From an uncultured Armatimonadetes bacterium (GTDB lineage: Bacteria; Armatimonadota; Hebobacteria; Hebobacterales; Hebobacteraceae), in contig OY970296.1 of NCBI GenBank assembly GCA_963716175.1, positions 768,001 through 832,000 of the forward strand: a stretch of 64,000 nt of DNA, in the 5' to 3' direction. Position numbers and translations under genes: made by a program. Under the pieces are notes generated by a model, which was not told the DNA's origin, did no database searches, and saw only the letters and a list, made by a program, of their open reading frames with translations. This document shows positions 51,550 to 63,263 of this stretch, one piece after another (the stretch's first letter is position 1; every line of letters starts with the position of its first letter).

Positions 51550-51754
51550 CCGAACCTGCCGTACGTGCCGAACCATCATGCGTCTCTCTTCGCGTATACG
51601 CGGACCTCCTGTACTACTCGGAGCCCTTCTCGCGCGTAGAGTAGGAAGGAGGTTCGGCAGGTTCGGCATGCGTGGAGAAAGCAAGTGATCTCCTCACTTT
51701 TTTGGTGCCGAACCCTCTCCGTCGAGGTCCGGCATCGGTCCGGCAGGTTCGGCA
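51550..51754. repeat. Iteron-like 9-bp repeats (TGCCGAACC) in both orientations; putative origin
   Basis: Copies at 51550-51574, 51651-51668, 51706-51714 and 51726-51754, at the primase 3' end. Confidence 0.65.
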
Positions 51755-54453
51755 ACCGGCGCGTCATCGGAGCCTCCCGGCTGCCTGTGCTCCACCGGAC
51801 GCAGCGCGTAGAGTTGGCCTTTGCGTCGAGGATCTGGGATCAAAACGACTCGTACGCCCCGAAGCACGCGGTCGCGAGCTCCATGGAGGGCGAGTCCGAG
51901 GCGCGTCTGTTGGGAGCGGGGCAGGCCGTCCCCCAGCACAGGGAGCATCAACTCGTGCCGCTGACACAGATCCAGCAGTTCCGCCGGCCGCCGCGGCTGG
52001 TCGCCGTGTGTCTCCCACCAGACCGTCACGAACTCCCGCCACATCTCGCCCTCCACGTCCGCCTCCTGGTAGAGGTCCTCCAGACTCCCCAGAAAGCCAG
52101 GAATGCCGGCCACGGAGAGGATGCCACCCATCAGCGCCGACCACTCCTCGAAAGACCCCAGGAGGGTGGGATAGCGGGGCTGTCCTGCGGCGATCCAGGC
52201 CTGCGTCAGGAGGAGGGTAGCGCGCAGCAGGTCCCGCCGGCGCTGTTTGGCCCAGGCGATGATGTGCTTGTGCTTGAACTGCTTGCGACGCCATGCGCGG
52301 TCCATCCCGGCATCCATGCGGATGCGCACGCAACGCCGCGCGATCTCCATGGAGAGCCGGGGGTTGTTTCCGGTGAGCAGCCAGAGCGCCCGATTGGGCA
52401 CCGTGACCGTCTCCGTCCGCCCCAGCAGTCGGTCGGTCCAGGTATCGGAGGTGATCACCGAAGCGAGGGCGGCACAGCCGAGGGTTCGCCCCTGCTTGTT
52501 GTTGTCGAGCAGGATGATGGGGCGCCCTTTGACGAGTTCTGCCGTGATCATCTTGCGCGCTTCGTCCTCGTCCAAGGCGAGAGTGCGGCCACTGCACTCG
52601 GTCCCCGTCGTGGCGATGGAGATGAGGTTGCACAACAGGCCCTTGCCCGTGCCCTCCGCTGGTGCGGCAAACAGGTGGATGGGGGTGCACCCGGCGATCA
52701 TCCGTCGTACCGGGGGCAGCAGCAGGGCGGCCACGGCGTGGGCGCGGCTGCCCTCGTCGACGAAGGGGAAGTCCACCAGCAGATCGTCCAGGACCAGCGA
52801 TCTGGCCGCGGCAACGTCTTGCTGCGACGGCTGGCTCGGGATATGCAGATCACCGAGGCCGGCCAGGGGGCGGAGCCATACCCGGTCATGCTGATGGTAG
52901 CCGGGGGTGGCAAGGAGCTCGCTGTTGCGCCCGAAGATGGGCGCCGTGACCACCGCCTCCAGCAAGGGGAGAGCGGGGTCGGGAACGGCGAGCATGTCGC
53001 GCGCCACATTCCTGACCGGCGGGACATTGCTGATCCCGCTGCCCGTGACCTTGACCCAGTCCGCCGCCCTGATCAGCGTCGCGTAGGCCGCGTTCTCGTC
53101 CGCCGTCTCGATCCGGGGGGCCTGTTCGTCGCAGACTAGCCGCACCAGCCCGCCGGAGCGCCTGAACAAGGCCGGCGGCTGGTTCGCTGCATGCACTGCG
53201 TCCCACGCGTCGGCGATGATGTCGCGCAACTGGCGGTTGTTGACTTGGATCTGGGGTCGGACCGGCTGTCCGGGGTTGCCTCTGGAAGGGCCTGATGCCA
53301 GTCGTGATGCTGGCAGCGGCACGCTTGCCAGGTCTGCAATCCGGCGGCGTGCCTCCCGGAAATCGGCCGCCAGCCCGCGCTCGATGAGGAAGTCGAAGAC
53401 AGAAAGCGACTGCCCCGAGATGAATGAGTGGAATACCCCCCGCTCCGCCTCACCTGACCCGTCGGCCACCCCAGCCGAGGGGTCTCGGTCGCCCGTGGGA
53501 GACCATGGGTCATGGCACTCCAGCCAGCCGCCGGGGCGTCTGTTATCCGTGAGCCACTGCCCATATACGGACTCGAGGGCCAGCGCGGTGAGCGCTTCGC
53601 GCCGCCACTCCTGCCAGACCGGGCCCGGCGGATTACTGCGTTGCTCCGCGCCAGCGGTAGTACATGCCGAGGCCTTCCCCCGTGCTGCAAGAAGGGCGTC
53701 AACTGTCGCTTCCTCGACTGTCGCGAACTCAGTTGGCAGATAAGGGACGAGGCTGCCATCAGCGTCCGGTCTGTGGAACTGGTTGGCGGCTCCCTCGGCG
53801 CCTGACCACCAGGGCAGCCACACAGAGGCGCCGCAGCCATCCTCCTGGATGTGATCCTGCTTCGGGAAGACCTCGATCCCTCGGCCCGTGGTGTTCGGGA
53901 CGATCTCACCGGTGGCGAGCGTCACCTCTCCAGGCGCCAACGCCTCCGCCAACGCACGGGCTTTGGCCGCGGGCAGGGGCGGATCGAAAAACACCCACAG
54001 ATGCCAGCCGTGCCCGCCTCCGGAACGTTCCAGATAACAGGGAAGTCCGGCATCCGCGAACGCGCGAGAGGCCCCTCGCGCGGTCCGTTCCGGATCGGCC
54101 AATGCATCGGCATGGCCTTCTCCGTCGAAGTCGAGGCAGAGCCAGCGCGTCGTTCCGGTCGGAGTGGGGGTGTAGGAACCGATGCGAAACCGCCCTGTGA
54201 CGCTGGCTTCCCCCCGGGCGTTCTGATACTGGATCGGGACCGCCGGAGCCCTCTCACCCTCCAGATGCGCCGCGAGCAACGCGTCGAGCTGACCGTCCGT
54301 GTCGATCGGCTGCGGTTTGCCCCAGGGCGCGAAGAAGGTCACCCGATCGGTTCGACAGAGGAAATGCCGGTGCAGCAAGTCCAACACGCGTTGCAGGTCT
54401 GGACTCATGCTCATATCGCTCATCCCTGGCTCCTGGTCCACGGTCATATCCAA
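51694..54453 (-). CDS. Primase-helicase: AEP/TOTE-type primase plus P-loop ATPase
   Basis: WLCLDFD, ERSGGGHGWHLWVFF, EVFPKQ; GTGKG, ILLDN, TGNN. Confidence 0.85.
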   Translation of the reverse strand: MDMTVDQEPGMSDMSMSPDLQRVLDLLHRHFLCRTDRVTFFAPWGKPQPIDTDGQLDALLAAHLEGERAPAVPIQYQNARGEASVTGRFRIGSYTPTPTGTTRWLCLDFDGEGHADALADPERTARGASRAFADAGLPCYLERSGGGHGWHLWVFFDPPLPAAKARALAEALAPGEVTLATGEIVPNTTGRGIEVFPKQDHIQEDGCGASVWLPWWSGAEGAANQFHRPDADGSLVPYLPTEFATVEEATVDALLAARGKASACTTAGAEQRSNPPGPVWQEWRREALTALALESVYGQWLTDNRRPGGWLECHDPWSPTGDRDPSAGVADGSGEAERGVFHSFISGQSLSVFDFLIERGLAADFREARRRIADLASVPLPASRLASGPSRGNPGQPVRPQIQVNNRQLRDIIADAWDAVHAANQPPALFRRSGGLVRLVCDEQAPRIETADENAAYATLIRAADWVKVTGSGISNVPPVRNVARDMLAVPDPALPLLEAVVTAPIFGRNSELLATPGYHQHDRVWLRPLAGLGDLHIPSQPSQQDVAAARSLVLDDLLVDFPFVDEGSRAHAVAALLLPPVRRMIAGCTPIHLFAAPAEGTGKGLLCNLISIATTGTECSGRTLALDEDEARKMITAELVKGRPIILLDNNKQGRTLGCAALASVITSDTWTDRLLGRTETVTVPNRALWLLTGNNPRLSMEIARRCVRIRMDAGMDRAWRRKQFKHKHIIAWAKQRRRDLLRATLLLTQAWIAAGQPRYPTLLGSFEEWSALMGGILSVAGIPGFLGSLEDLYQEADVEGEMWREFVTVWWETHGDQPRRPAELLDLCQRHELMLPVLGDGLPRSQQTRLGLALHGARDRVLRGVRVVLIPDPRRKGQLYALRPVEHRQPGGSDDAPVAEPAGPMPDLDGEGSAPKK

Positions 54454-54490
54454 ACCCGCTCGGCGCGGAGTTGCAAGCCGCTACATGCGG

Positions 54491-54817
54491 TCATGGCCCG
54501 GCAGCCTCGGGTGGGATCGCCTCCGCCGTGGGCGCTCCCACCCGCTCCACCCGGAAAGCCTCCTCACCAAACTGCCGGGACAGGAACCCGGTGAAGATGC
54601 GGGCGATGGCGCGGCCCACATCGCTGCCCGCATCGACCACGCAGGAACGCTGCTCCCGGTCCAGGCAGAAGGCCGCGTCCATCCGCACAGGCGAGCGGCC
54701 GTACAAGCTCTCGACAGCCAGCACGGCGAGCAGTAACGATTCCTCGGTGTCCCTCAACGGGATCTCCTCGGTGAAGCGGTACCGGTAGACGTCTCCAGTC
54801 ACGTTGGTGGCCTCCAT
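54491..54817 (-). CDS. Hypothetical protein following the sigma factor
   Basis: Well-formed 108-aa ORF, YRYRF..EESLLLAVLAVESLYG. Confidence 0.75.
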   Translation of the reverse strand: MEATNVTGDVYRYRFTEEIPLRDTEESLLLAVLAVESLYGRSPVRMDAAFCLDREQRSCVVDAGSDVGRAIARIFTGFLSRQFGEEAFRVERVGAPTAEAIPPEAAGP

Positions 54818-54851
54818 GCGGCGTGGCGGGCCGCCGGGTGGCCCGCACCAC

Positions 54852-54882
54852 TTACTTACCGGAGGCGCTGCCGACGTGTCGC
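54852..54882 (-). promoter_or_regulatory. Bipartite motif copy 3 (GCGACAC-N14-CGGTAAGTAA)
   Basis: Immediately after the sigma gene, heading the replication operon. Confidence 0.65.
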
Positions 54883-54887
54883 CGAGG

Positions 54888-55487
54888 TCAGTCAGACTCC
54901 AGATATGCTTTTAGGCCGGCCTCTTCGGCCAGCAGTCGCAACTCCTTCATGCGGTCATAGAGGGTGCCGCGCGAGAGACCGATGTCGCGAGCGATCTCGG
55001 CTATGGTCTGCCCGTTGTCAAGCCGCGACATCAGGTCCCGCAGTTCGGGTGGCAGGGTCGAGAGCAGACGCTCCAGGTCCAGCTTCAGCGCGACCCCATC
55101 GGCCAGCAGCAGGGCCGGCTGCCCTATGCCCTTCAGGTAGTCTTCCTGGCTGATGAAGTCCCCGCGTTCCGCGCCGTCGGCCCGGTCATCCCGAATCGGG
55201 TCGTTCAGGGAGCAGGTGCAGCGCCGATAGTCGCGCATCGGAGCTTCTTGGCGTTCGATGAGACGGGCGACGCCGTGCTCCACCACCCTCGCGATGAAGG
55301 TGTGGAGGCTGGCGCGCAGCGAGTCGAACTTCGGGAGCCGATGGAGGAGATCGAGGGTCAGGTCCTGCTCGATATCCTCCTGATCGTCTTCGGTGAACCC
55401 CGCCCGCCCAACGAGCTGGCGGGCCTTACGTCTGATGAGCTGAACGGCGTAAGCGTCGAGTTCCGGAACATCACGGTCGAGCCCCAT
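54888..55487 (-). CDS. Sigma-70 family (ECF-like) RNA polymerase sigma factor
   Basis: Region 2 (EDIEQDL..KFD..RASLHTFI) and region 4 HTH (TIAEIARDIGLSRGTLY). Confidence 0.88.
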   Translation of the reverse strand: MGLDRDVPELDAYAVQLIRRKARQLVGRAGFTEDDQEDIEQDLTLDLLHRLPKFDSLRASLHTFIARVVEHGVARLIERQEAPMRDYRRCTCSLNDPIRDDRADGAERGDFISQEDYLKGIGQPALLLADGVALKLDLERLLSTLPPELRDLMSRLDNGQTIAEIARDIGLSRGTLYDRMKELRLLAEEAGLKAYLESD

Positions 55488-55730
55488 CCGCTTCTCCTGG
55501 GGCTCGTGGAGAAGCTAGGCGAGAGTGGGTAGATCCGGCCCGGGCTCGGTTTTGGATTCCGAGACCATCTCCCGCGAGTCCCAGGGTCGGTGGGGTCATC
55601 TATTGCTTCGGAAGAAGGAGCCGACTTGTCTGGAGACGCAAGACGGCCCCCACGCCCACCGGTGGGGCATGAGGGCCATCAATCAGCTGCGGAAATCTCC
55701 TGGCGAGAGCTGAAGAGAGGAGGTAATAGA

Positions 55731-57239
55731 TTACCTGCCGTGCACCTCCGAACTGGCAGCGAACACGGGGACCCATTCCCCGCGGCCGAAGTCGAACTCG
55801 AAGGGCGATTCCTCGATCTGCGTAATCCGGCAGAGACGATGGCAGAGCTCGTTAATCCCCCTGTCGTCGCGGTCGCGCTTGACTCGCCGCCTGGCGCGAA
55901 GCACGTCGAGCAGCGCTTGGCCCGCCGGGGTCGGCGCGCCGTCATCGCCGAGCAGATCGAGTTCCTCGAGGTTGTGTTCGATGGTGACCGAGGCCGGACG
56001 CTCTGCAGCCACGCGCGAGGACTCTCTCCTCTGACCGTCGTCGTAGGCCATGAAGCGTTTGGTGCCTTCCAGGACGAACCGAATGCTCCCGCCGCGCGTC
56101 TCGACAATGGCGACCCGGGGCCAAGTGCACCCGTTCGGCACTTGGATAGTCATGCCGTCTTTCGGCCGGATGTGGAAGGAGGCCCGGTATGGGGCGTCCG
56201 TGGGCTTGGTAAAGGGTCTGCCGGGGATGGGGAACAGTGCCCGCAGTCTCCTTCCCAGAGCGGAGACCTGCTGTTTCAGGTTGGCCTTCTTGTCAGGCGT
56301 AAGCGCTTCCCGGCGCAGGCTGCCATTCCCGCGAGCGAATCTGTGCAGCAACTCCCAGAGCTGATCTGGAGGATTGCCGCGGCTGCGGCGGTTCTCGAAG
56401 CCCGCCTCGGCATAGCCGAACTCGTCTCGCTTCTCCCTCAATCGGTACGCGAGCCTCTCGTCACCGATGACCAGGTACAGCTCGCCCCAGCGGGCATCGC
56501 GCGGCACGTCGATCGGTGTCACCAGCCGCCCGCCGCTGCCACCCGGAGTCTGTGTCAGGGCCCGGGGAGCCGCGGCCGCTAGGTCCGACAGCAAAGCCTC
56601 CGCCCTATCCGTTGCAGCGAACCCTCGGCCCTCCTCCCACGCTAGGCACTCATCCAGGGGCAGAAAGAGAACACCCGCTCTACGAAGCATCCCGGCGCTG
56701 TCGCTCTGACACAGATCGGCTGTGGGAGACGCAAGGATGAAGGGGACATTCGCCTCTGCCAGCAACCGAGATAGCGTCGCCCCAAAGACCTGCCCGTCGT
56801 GCTGGATGGTCAGATATACGGCGGCCCGTTTGCCGCCCACCAGATGATGCCAAGCGATGTGCCGCGTCTGAGGCATGAGCTCTATCCGCCCGCGGACCGC
56901 AGTGAGCCCGAGCGCCTTGCTGAGGGCGGTAGCAAGCTTCTGCCAGTGGAGCTCGTACGCGACGATATCAGCCTTTGTCAGCGTGAGGTCATCGCACTGC
57001 TTCGGAACTGCCTGGCATACCGCGACTATGTCCTGCTCGCTATGCATAACCACTTTGCGCGGGCAGCCGTCGCCGCCTGGGCGAGGACAGGGATAGGATG
57101 AGACAAGCTGGTCAGTGGGCCGCAGGAAGGCCTGCCCGAGGTCCCAGTCACACCCCCACACTTCCTGCCACTCCACCGTGACGGCGGCGAGTCCGGATAT
57201 CGCCTCCAGCCCCGACCAGAACCGCCTCAACGTCTTCAT
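55731..57239 (-). CDS. Hypothetical protein (502 aa) with a Cys cluster and a winged-helix-like C-terminal part
   Basis: ATGA-coupled to the upstream gene (MKTLRRFW); CP.....CPR..C....C. Confidence 0.7.
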   Translation of the reverse strand: MKTLRRFWSGLEAISGLAAVTVEWQEVWGCDWDLGQAFLRPTDQLVSSYPCPRPGGDGCPRKVVMHSEQDIVAVCQAVPKQCDDLTLTKADIVAYELHWQKLATALSKALGLTAVRGRIELMPQTRHIAWHHLVGGKRAAVYLTIQHDGQVFGATLSRLLAEANVPFILASPTADLCQSDSAGMLRRAGVLFLPLDECLAWEEGRGFAATDRAEALLSDLAAAAPRALTQTPGGSGGRLVTPIDVPRDARWGELYLVIGDERLAYRLREKRDEFGYAEAGFENRRSRGNPPDQLWELLHRFARGNGSLRREALTPDKKANLKQQVSALGRRLRALFPIPGRPFTKPTDAPYRASFHIRPKDGMTIQVPNGCTWPRVAIVETRGGSIRFVLEGTKRFMAYDDGQRRESSRVAAERPASVTIEHNLEELDLLGDDGAPTPAGQALLDVLRARRRVKRDRDDRGINELCHRLCRITQIEESPFEFDFGRGEWVPVFAASSEVHGR

Positions 57240-58387
57240 CCGCTTCCGTCTGGGGCGAGGATGAACCCGCGTCTGGACAGCCATTGCTCGACCAGCGCGC
57301 CGTCGTCGTCCCTGGTGAACTTGATGATGTTCGAGGGATAGATCGAGATGCTGCGCGGTGACATGGCGCCCGCGAACTTCACCAGGAAAGTGGCCCCGAT
57401 CAGCCGCGCTCCGGAGGGAACCTGCGCACTTCGCTTCTCCATCGCCGCGAACAGATCGGCCGCCTTGCGGATCTCGATCTCCTGATATGCCCCTCCCCAG
57501 TGGTAGCGGATCTCCGTCAGTCTGACCCACTTCATCCCTTCCACGTCGGTGCAGGCCAGCGCGGCCTTCCCTTCCTGCCGAAGTGGCTCCAGCGTGTACT
57601 TGGCCTTTCCCGGGAAGTGCTCTTCGTCGCCGAACAGGTATCGGCCGAAGGCTGCTCGGTACTGGTCCTTCACCGCCTTGGGATCGGCGTTCACTCTCAG
57701 CTCTGCGAGCGGCTGGTGGTAGACGACCACGTCGTGCTTCTCGGGCCGGTAGTAGACGCTGGATGACTCCCTGTCCTTCAGACTGCCCTCCCGCTTGTAG
57801 GGGTCGCCATGCCGGATCAGGAAGGACACGCCGTCCACCCTCGGATAGGCGAATACCCGACAGCCGAGACCTCGTTTCCTGGCATCGAACCAACTGTCGA
57901 GAGTGGCCGCCATTGCCTCCAGCGCCTCGGAGGAGGGACGCAAGTCTGGTCCGGGGCACTCGCGAGCCTGGAAGTACTCGAAGCTCCGCCGGTGCCCGAT
58001 GATCTGCTCCGCGTGCTTGCGCTCCAGTAGAGCCCGATCCTTGAGCCAGACCTGCACCGCCACATCGGCGGGGCTCTCCAGGTCGCCATCGAGCGCAAGA
58101 CCGGCCGCCGCGGCCGCCGCGATGAGAGAGTCCATGCCCTCCTGAGTCGCCATCTCGTCCACGTAGTACAGCGTGTCAACCAACTCGGGGCGCATCTCAT
58201 CATCCGGGGTGAGGAGAATACCGGCCAGGGCCTCGTAGTCGAGGGTCCCACCATCTCCATCAGGGAGGTTCATGCCTCGCCTGGCGAAGTAGGCGCGGAA
58301 CGGCCTGAGCAGCGCGACCAGGTGAGTTCGCTGCATGCGCTTCAGTGCATCTGGGTCTGCGAACCGCTTGACATCGTAGATAGCCAA
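57236..58387 (-). CDS. Hypothetical protein (383 aa), first gene of the element core operon
   Basis: GGAGG RBS; upstream TTGACT-N17-TACGGT on the minus strand near 58500-58528. Confidence 0.8.
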   Translation of the reverse strand: MAIYDVKRFADPDALKRMQRTHLVALLRPFRAYFARRGMNLPDGDGGTLDYEALAGILLTPDDEMRPELVDTLYYVDEMATQEGMDSLIAAAAAAGLALDGDLESPADVAVQVWLKDRALLERKHAEQIIGHRRSFEYFQARECPGPDLRPSSEALEAMAATLDSWFDARKRGLGCRVFAYPRVDGVSFLIRHGDPYKREGSLKDRESSSVYYRPEKHDVVVYHQPLAELRVNADPKAVKDQYRAAFGRYLFGDEEHFPGKAKYTLEPLRQEGKAALACTDVEGMKWVRLTEIRYHWGGAYQEIEIRKAADLFAAMEKRSAQVPSGARLIGATFLVKFAGAMSPRSISIYPSNIIKFTRDDDGALVEQWLSRRGFILAPDGSG

Positions 58388-58581
58388 GTCCGGCCTCCCT
58401 CATATGGCGCGTCCGCCGCTGCCTCTTTCACAGGCCAGGCACGCCTCCGTCCTCATCTGGCCATGGGTCCCGTCTCCCATGCCCACACTGTGACTGCTTA
58501 CCGTACCGCTTAGTGGAACCCGAGTCAACACTGGGTTGCTAGACAGGTTCGGAAGCAGGCCTCGCCTCTGCACGTCCTCTC

Positions 58582-58612
58582 CAGACACCTCGCCGATGCC
58601 TCCGGTATGTAG
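58582..58612 (+). promoter_or_regulatory. Bipartite motif copy 4 (CAGACAC-N14-CGGTATGTAG)
   Basis: Heads the operon that ends in the serine recombinase; followed by a GGAGG RBS. Confidence 0.65.
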
Positions 58613-58636
58613 TGGCAGGGAGGCATTGGTACCGCG

Positions 58637-59161
58637 ATGACCTACAACACCACTGAGGTTCAGGTCCATGTTGCTGGAAGTCACGGACGCGCGCTACCGC
58701 TCGCGGCCGGCCGCCTGCCGGCCCGGGCGGAGAGCAGAGCATCGGTGCCGACGGTGAGGGCCTGTATCAGGCGGTTCTGCCTGGACTGCCTCGGGACCAC
58801 CGGCGGGCGAGCGGCGTTTGACTGTGGCTCAACGATCTGTCCCCTGCGACCAACCAGTCCGTTCCTCGGAAAGCCCATGCCACTGACCCTGAGGACGGCA
58901 GGACACATCGAGCCAGAAGCGGCGCGGAAGCGCAGGCCAAGCCGCAGGCTCATTCATGCCCAGTGCCACCAGTGCCAACCGAATGACCACAGCGATTGCG
59001 AAGCGGAGGGGTGTGCGCTGTACCCCTTCCGCCCGTGGGATGGCCCAGGACATGCCGCCGGGCGCAAGGCCTCCCCAGGGCAGGCCGCGGCCGCCGCCAG
59101 GGGCCGCGAAACCATGCACCAGCGGGCGAGTACAGCCGCAGGAGCCGCGTTCGATGCCTGA
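58637..59161 (+). CDS. Small protein with a duplicated Cys4 Zn-binding motif
   Basis: IRRFCLDC..C..ICPL and IHAQCHQC..C..GCALYPFR. Confidence 0.7.
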   Translation: MTYNTTEVQVHVAGSHGRALPLAAGRLPARAESRASVPTVRACIRRFCLDCLGTTGGRAAFDCGSTICPLRPTSPFLGKPMPLTLRTAGHIEPEAARKRRPSRRLIHAQCHQCQPNDHSDCEAEGCALYPFRPWDGPGHAAGRKASPGQAAAAARGRETMHQRASTAAGAAFDA

Positions 59162-59504
59162 GCGGAGGTCAGACAAGCCAGGCCCTGGGAAGCTGGGTTT
59201 TCGGGCCGTATTCACGGAGGACGCGCTCAGCGCGGACGCCCTCGATGCTGCCGGAAGGCTGTTCGCCCGGTGGGTTGTCCGGGCACTCGCTGCGAGGGAG
59301 TCGGGCGCGTCCTTGCCCCCGCAGAGAGAGGGTGCCGACGGAGCTGCACCCACTCGCCGCGTGGGCCGTAGGGGCCGCACACGCCCACACGTTGGGCTCA
59401 GATTCGACTTGACTTGTGTCGGCCCGGAAGCCATGAATGCGCCTCAGACCGAGGAGAAGACATCCGTGACGCTGGCTGCGCAGACATCCGAGGGCTGCAG
59501 GTAG
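59154..59504 (+). CDS. Small hypothetical protein upstream of the recombinase (candidate directionality factor)
   Basis: Overlaps the previous stop; helical ALDAAGRLFARWVVRAL. Confidence 0.4.
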   Translation: MPERRSDKPGPGKLGFRAVFTEDALSADALDAAGRLFARWVVRALAARESGASLPPQREGADGAAPTRRVGRRGRTRPHVGLRFDLTCVGPEAMNAPQTEEKTSVTLAAQTSEGCR

Positions 59505-59510
59505 GAGCCG

Positions 59511-61316
<1,806 letters not shown>

Positions 61317-61456
61317 TTCGCGAGCACATATTAGCACCCAGCGAGCTGTTTGTAAACCCCCGTCGCGCTCAGCATACCCGGGGCCACTCGACGTGTGACC
61401 CGAACCTGATGGCGCCGGCGCCCAGACTGCCGTCGCCGCTCGCCGAGCGTCTGCTC

Positions 61457-63043
61457 TCACTCCGATAGGCTGTCTATCTCGAAGGTGGTGATGCTGCCGG
61501 TGCGTCGGGTCCAGGCCCGGATGACAACCGGATCGCCCTTCTTGAGCTGCCCCACAACCCGTTCGTAGCTCGCTACATCAGTGACGGCCTCCCGGTTGAT
61601 CTTCACGATGATGTCTCCAGGCTGCAGACCCGCCCGCGCCCCATCGCCGAGCGGGTTCACCGCTCGCACCATGACTCCACGCGTGAGCCCGGCGTCGTGG
61701 AGTGCGTCCTGCGGTACCGCTTCCACCGCCAGGCCCAACTTGGTGCGCTCCGGCGCGTTCGGCTTCTTCAGTGCGACCTCCGGGGTATAGGAGCCGACCG
61801 TGACGCTGAGTGTGACCGGCTTCCCGCTTCGCAGCACCTCGATCTCTACCTTCGTTCCAGGCCTAGTGCCCTGAACCATAGAGACAAACTGATCAGTCGA
61901 GCTCACCTTCGTCCCATGGAAGGCGATGATAATATCCTCTGCCTTCATCTCGCCTTTGGCGGCCGCACTGTCGGGCTGCACCGAGTCCACGAACACACCG
62001 TTCTTGGCCCCGTAGATCTCACTTACGGCCGGCGTCAGCGGCTTCACCGCCACCCCCAGCTGCCCGCGTACGACCGCCTCCCCACCTTTCAGGGTCTTGA
62101 CGATCTCTTTGGTGCCGGCATCAACCGGGATCGCGAAGCCCACCCCGATATTGCCGCCGAAAGGCGCATTGGTGAAGATCGCCTGGTTAATACCGATCAC
62201 CTCAGCATGGATGTTCACCAAGGGGCCACCGCTGTTGCCAGGGTTGATCGGAGCGTCGGTCTGGATCAGGTCACGGAAGGGGCGGCCCGGGATGTCGGAT
62301 TGAATCTGCCGGTTGGTGGCGCTAATCACCCCCAGAGTCAGAGTGGGCTCGTAGCGCTGAGGCTCATCGAATCGCCCGCCCCCGCCGCCATACCCGCTGA
62401 GCCCGGTGCCGCCGAAGGGATAGCCCACGGCCACTGCCCACATCCCGGGCCTCACGCTGTCCGCGTCGCCCAGCTTGGCCGCGACGAGGGCGCGCTTTGG
62501 CTCGATCTTGATCACCGCCAGGTCGCTTAACTTGTCGGCGCCCACCACCTGCGCGAGATAGGACTCCCCGTCCTCCAGGTGCACGGTCACCCTGGCGGCG
62601 TCTCCCACCACATGGTTGTTGGTGAGAATATAGCCAGCGGAGTCAATGATCACCCCTGAGCCCTGGCCCACCGAGGGCATAGGCGTCTGAGACCGCGGCC
62701 CGGGCAGGGGAGAGCCGGGTCCGAAGAAGCGCCGCCATGGCTCAGGCAGTTGAGGCAGTTCCTCATCCTGACCCTGGTCCTGTTGATCCGACTCCTGTGC
62801 TCCCGTCTTTTGCTCCACCTCAATGAACACTACCGAGGGCTCTATGGTGTCCGCGATCCACACCAGGGCGCGCTGCATCTCCTCCAGTACGGCTACCTCC
62901 GGGGGAGCCGCTCCCGCGGCCACGCTCCCGGTGGGTTTCACCAGCCAAGTCACAGCCGCCACCGCGGCGAGAAGAGCGGCAAGGCCCACCGCCGTCCAGA
63001 TGCGACGCAGAGAACGTCTTTGCCCCGAACTGCTGCCCATCAT
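61457..63043 (-). CDS. htrA: HtrA/DegP-family serine protease with two PDZ domains
   Basis: TNNHV, SDLAV, QTDAPINPGNSGGP; N-terminal TM; two PDZ domains. Confidence 0.93.
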   Translation of the reverse strand: MMGSSSGQRRSLRRIWTAVGLAALLAAVAAVTWLVKPTGSVAAGAAPPEVAVLEEMQRALVWIADTIEPSVVFIEVEQKTGAQESDQQDQGQDEELPQLPEPWRRFFGPGSPLPGPRSQTPMPSVGQGSGVIIDSAGYILTNNHVVGDAARVTVHLEDGESYLAQVVGADKLSDLAVIKIEPKRALVAAKLGDADSVRPGMWAVAVGYPFGGTGLSGYGGGGGRFDEPQRYEPTLTLGVISATNRQIQSDIPGRPFRDLIQTDAPINPGNSGGPLVNIHAEVIGINQAIFTNAPFGGNIGVGFAIPVDAGTKEIVKTLKGGEAVVRGQLGVAVKPLTPAVSEIYGAKNGVFVDSVQPDSAAAKGEMKAEDIIIAFHGTKVSSTDQFVSMVQGTRPGTKVEIEVLRSGKPVTLSVTVGSYTPEVALKKPNAPERTKLGLAVEAVPQDALHDAGLTRGVMVRAVNPLGDGARAGLQPGDIIVKINREAVTDVASYERVVGQLKKGDPVVIRAWTRRTGSITTFEIDSLSE

Positions 63044-63263
63044 TGTCACAGTCCTCTCTCGTAGTGCACTCCAACACCCTGCGTGTGCATGATTCGGGCT
63101 GCCCAGGCTCGCCTCCTGTCTCCTCCTTAGACACGACCTGGCCCCCTTTGTTCCTCAAGGGTCTCAAGTGGACCCGCCAGGCAAAGCCCCACCAGACCTC
63201 GCATGCTCCCGCCTGGGGTAGTCGGCCGTCCGCGCCTGCTTGATGATACCCCCTGTCAGCGCC

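Noticed and set aside
57240-57959. N-terminal 240 aa of the 742-aa ORF
   Set aside because: Overlaps the 383-aa gene out of frame; the ATGA-coupled start at 57239 is more plausible
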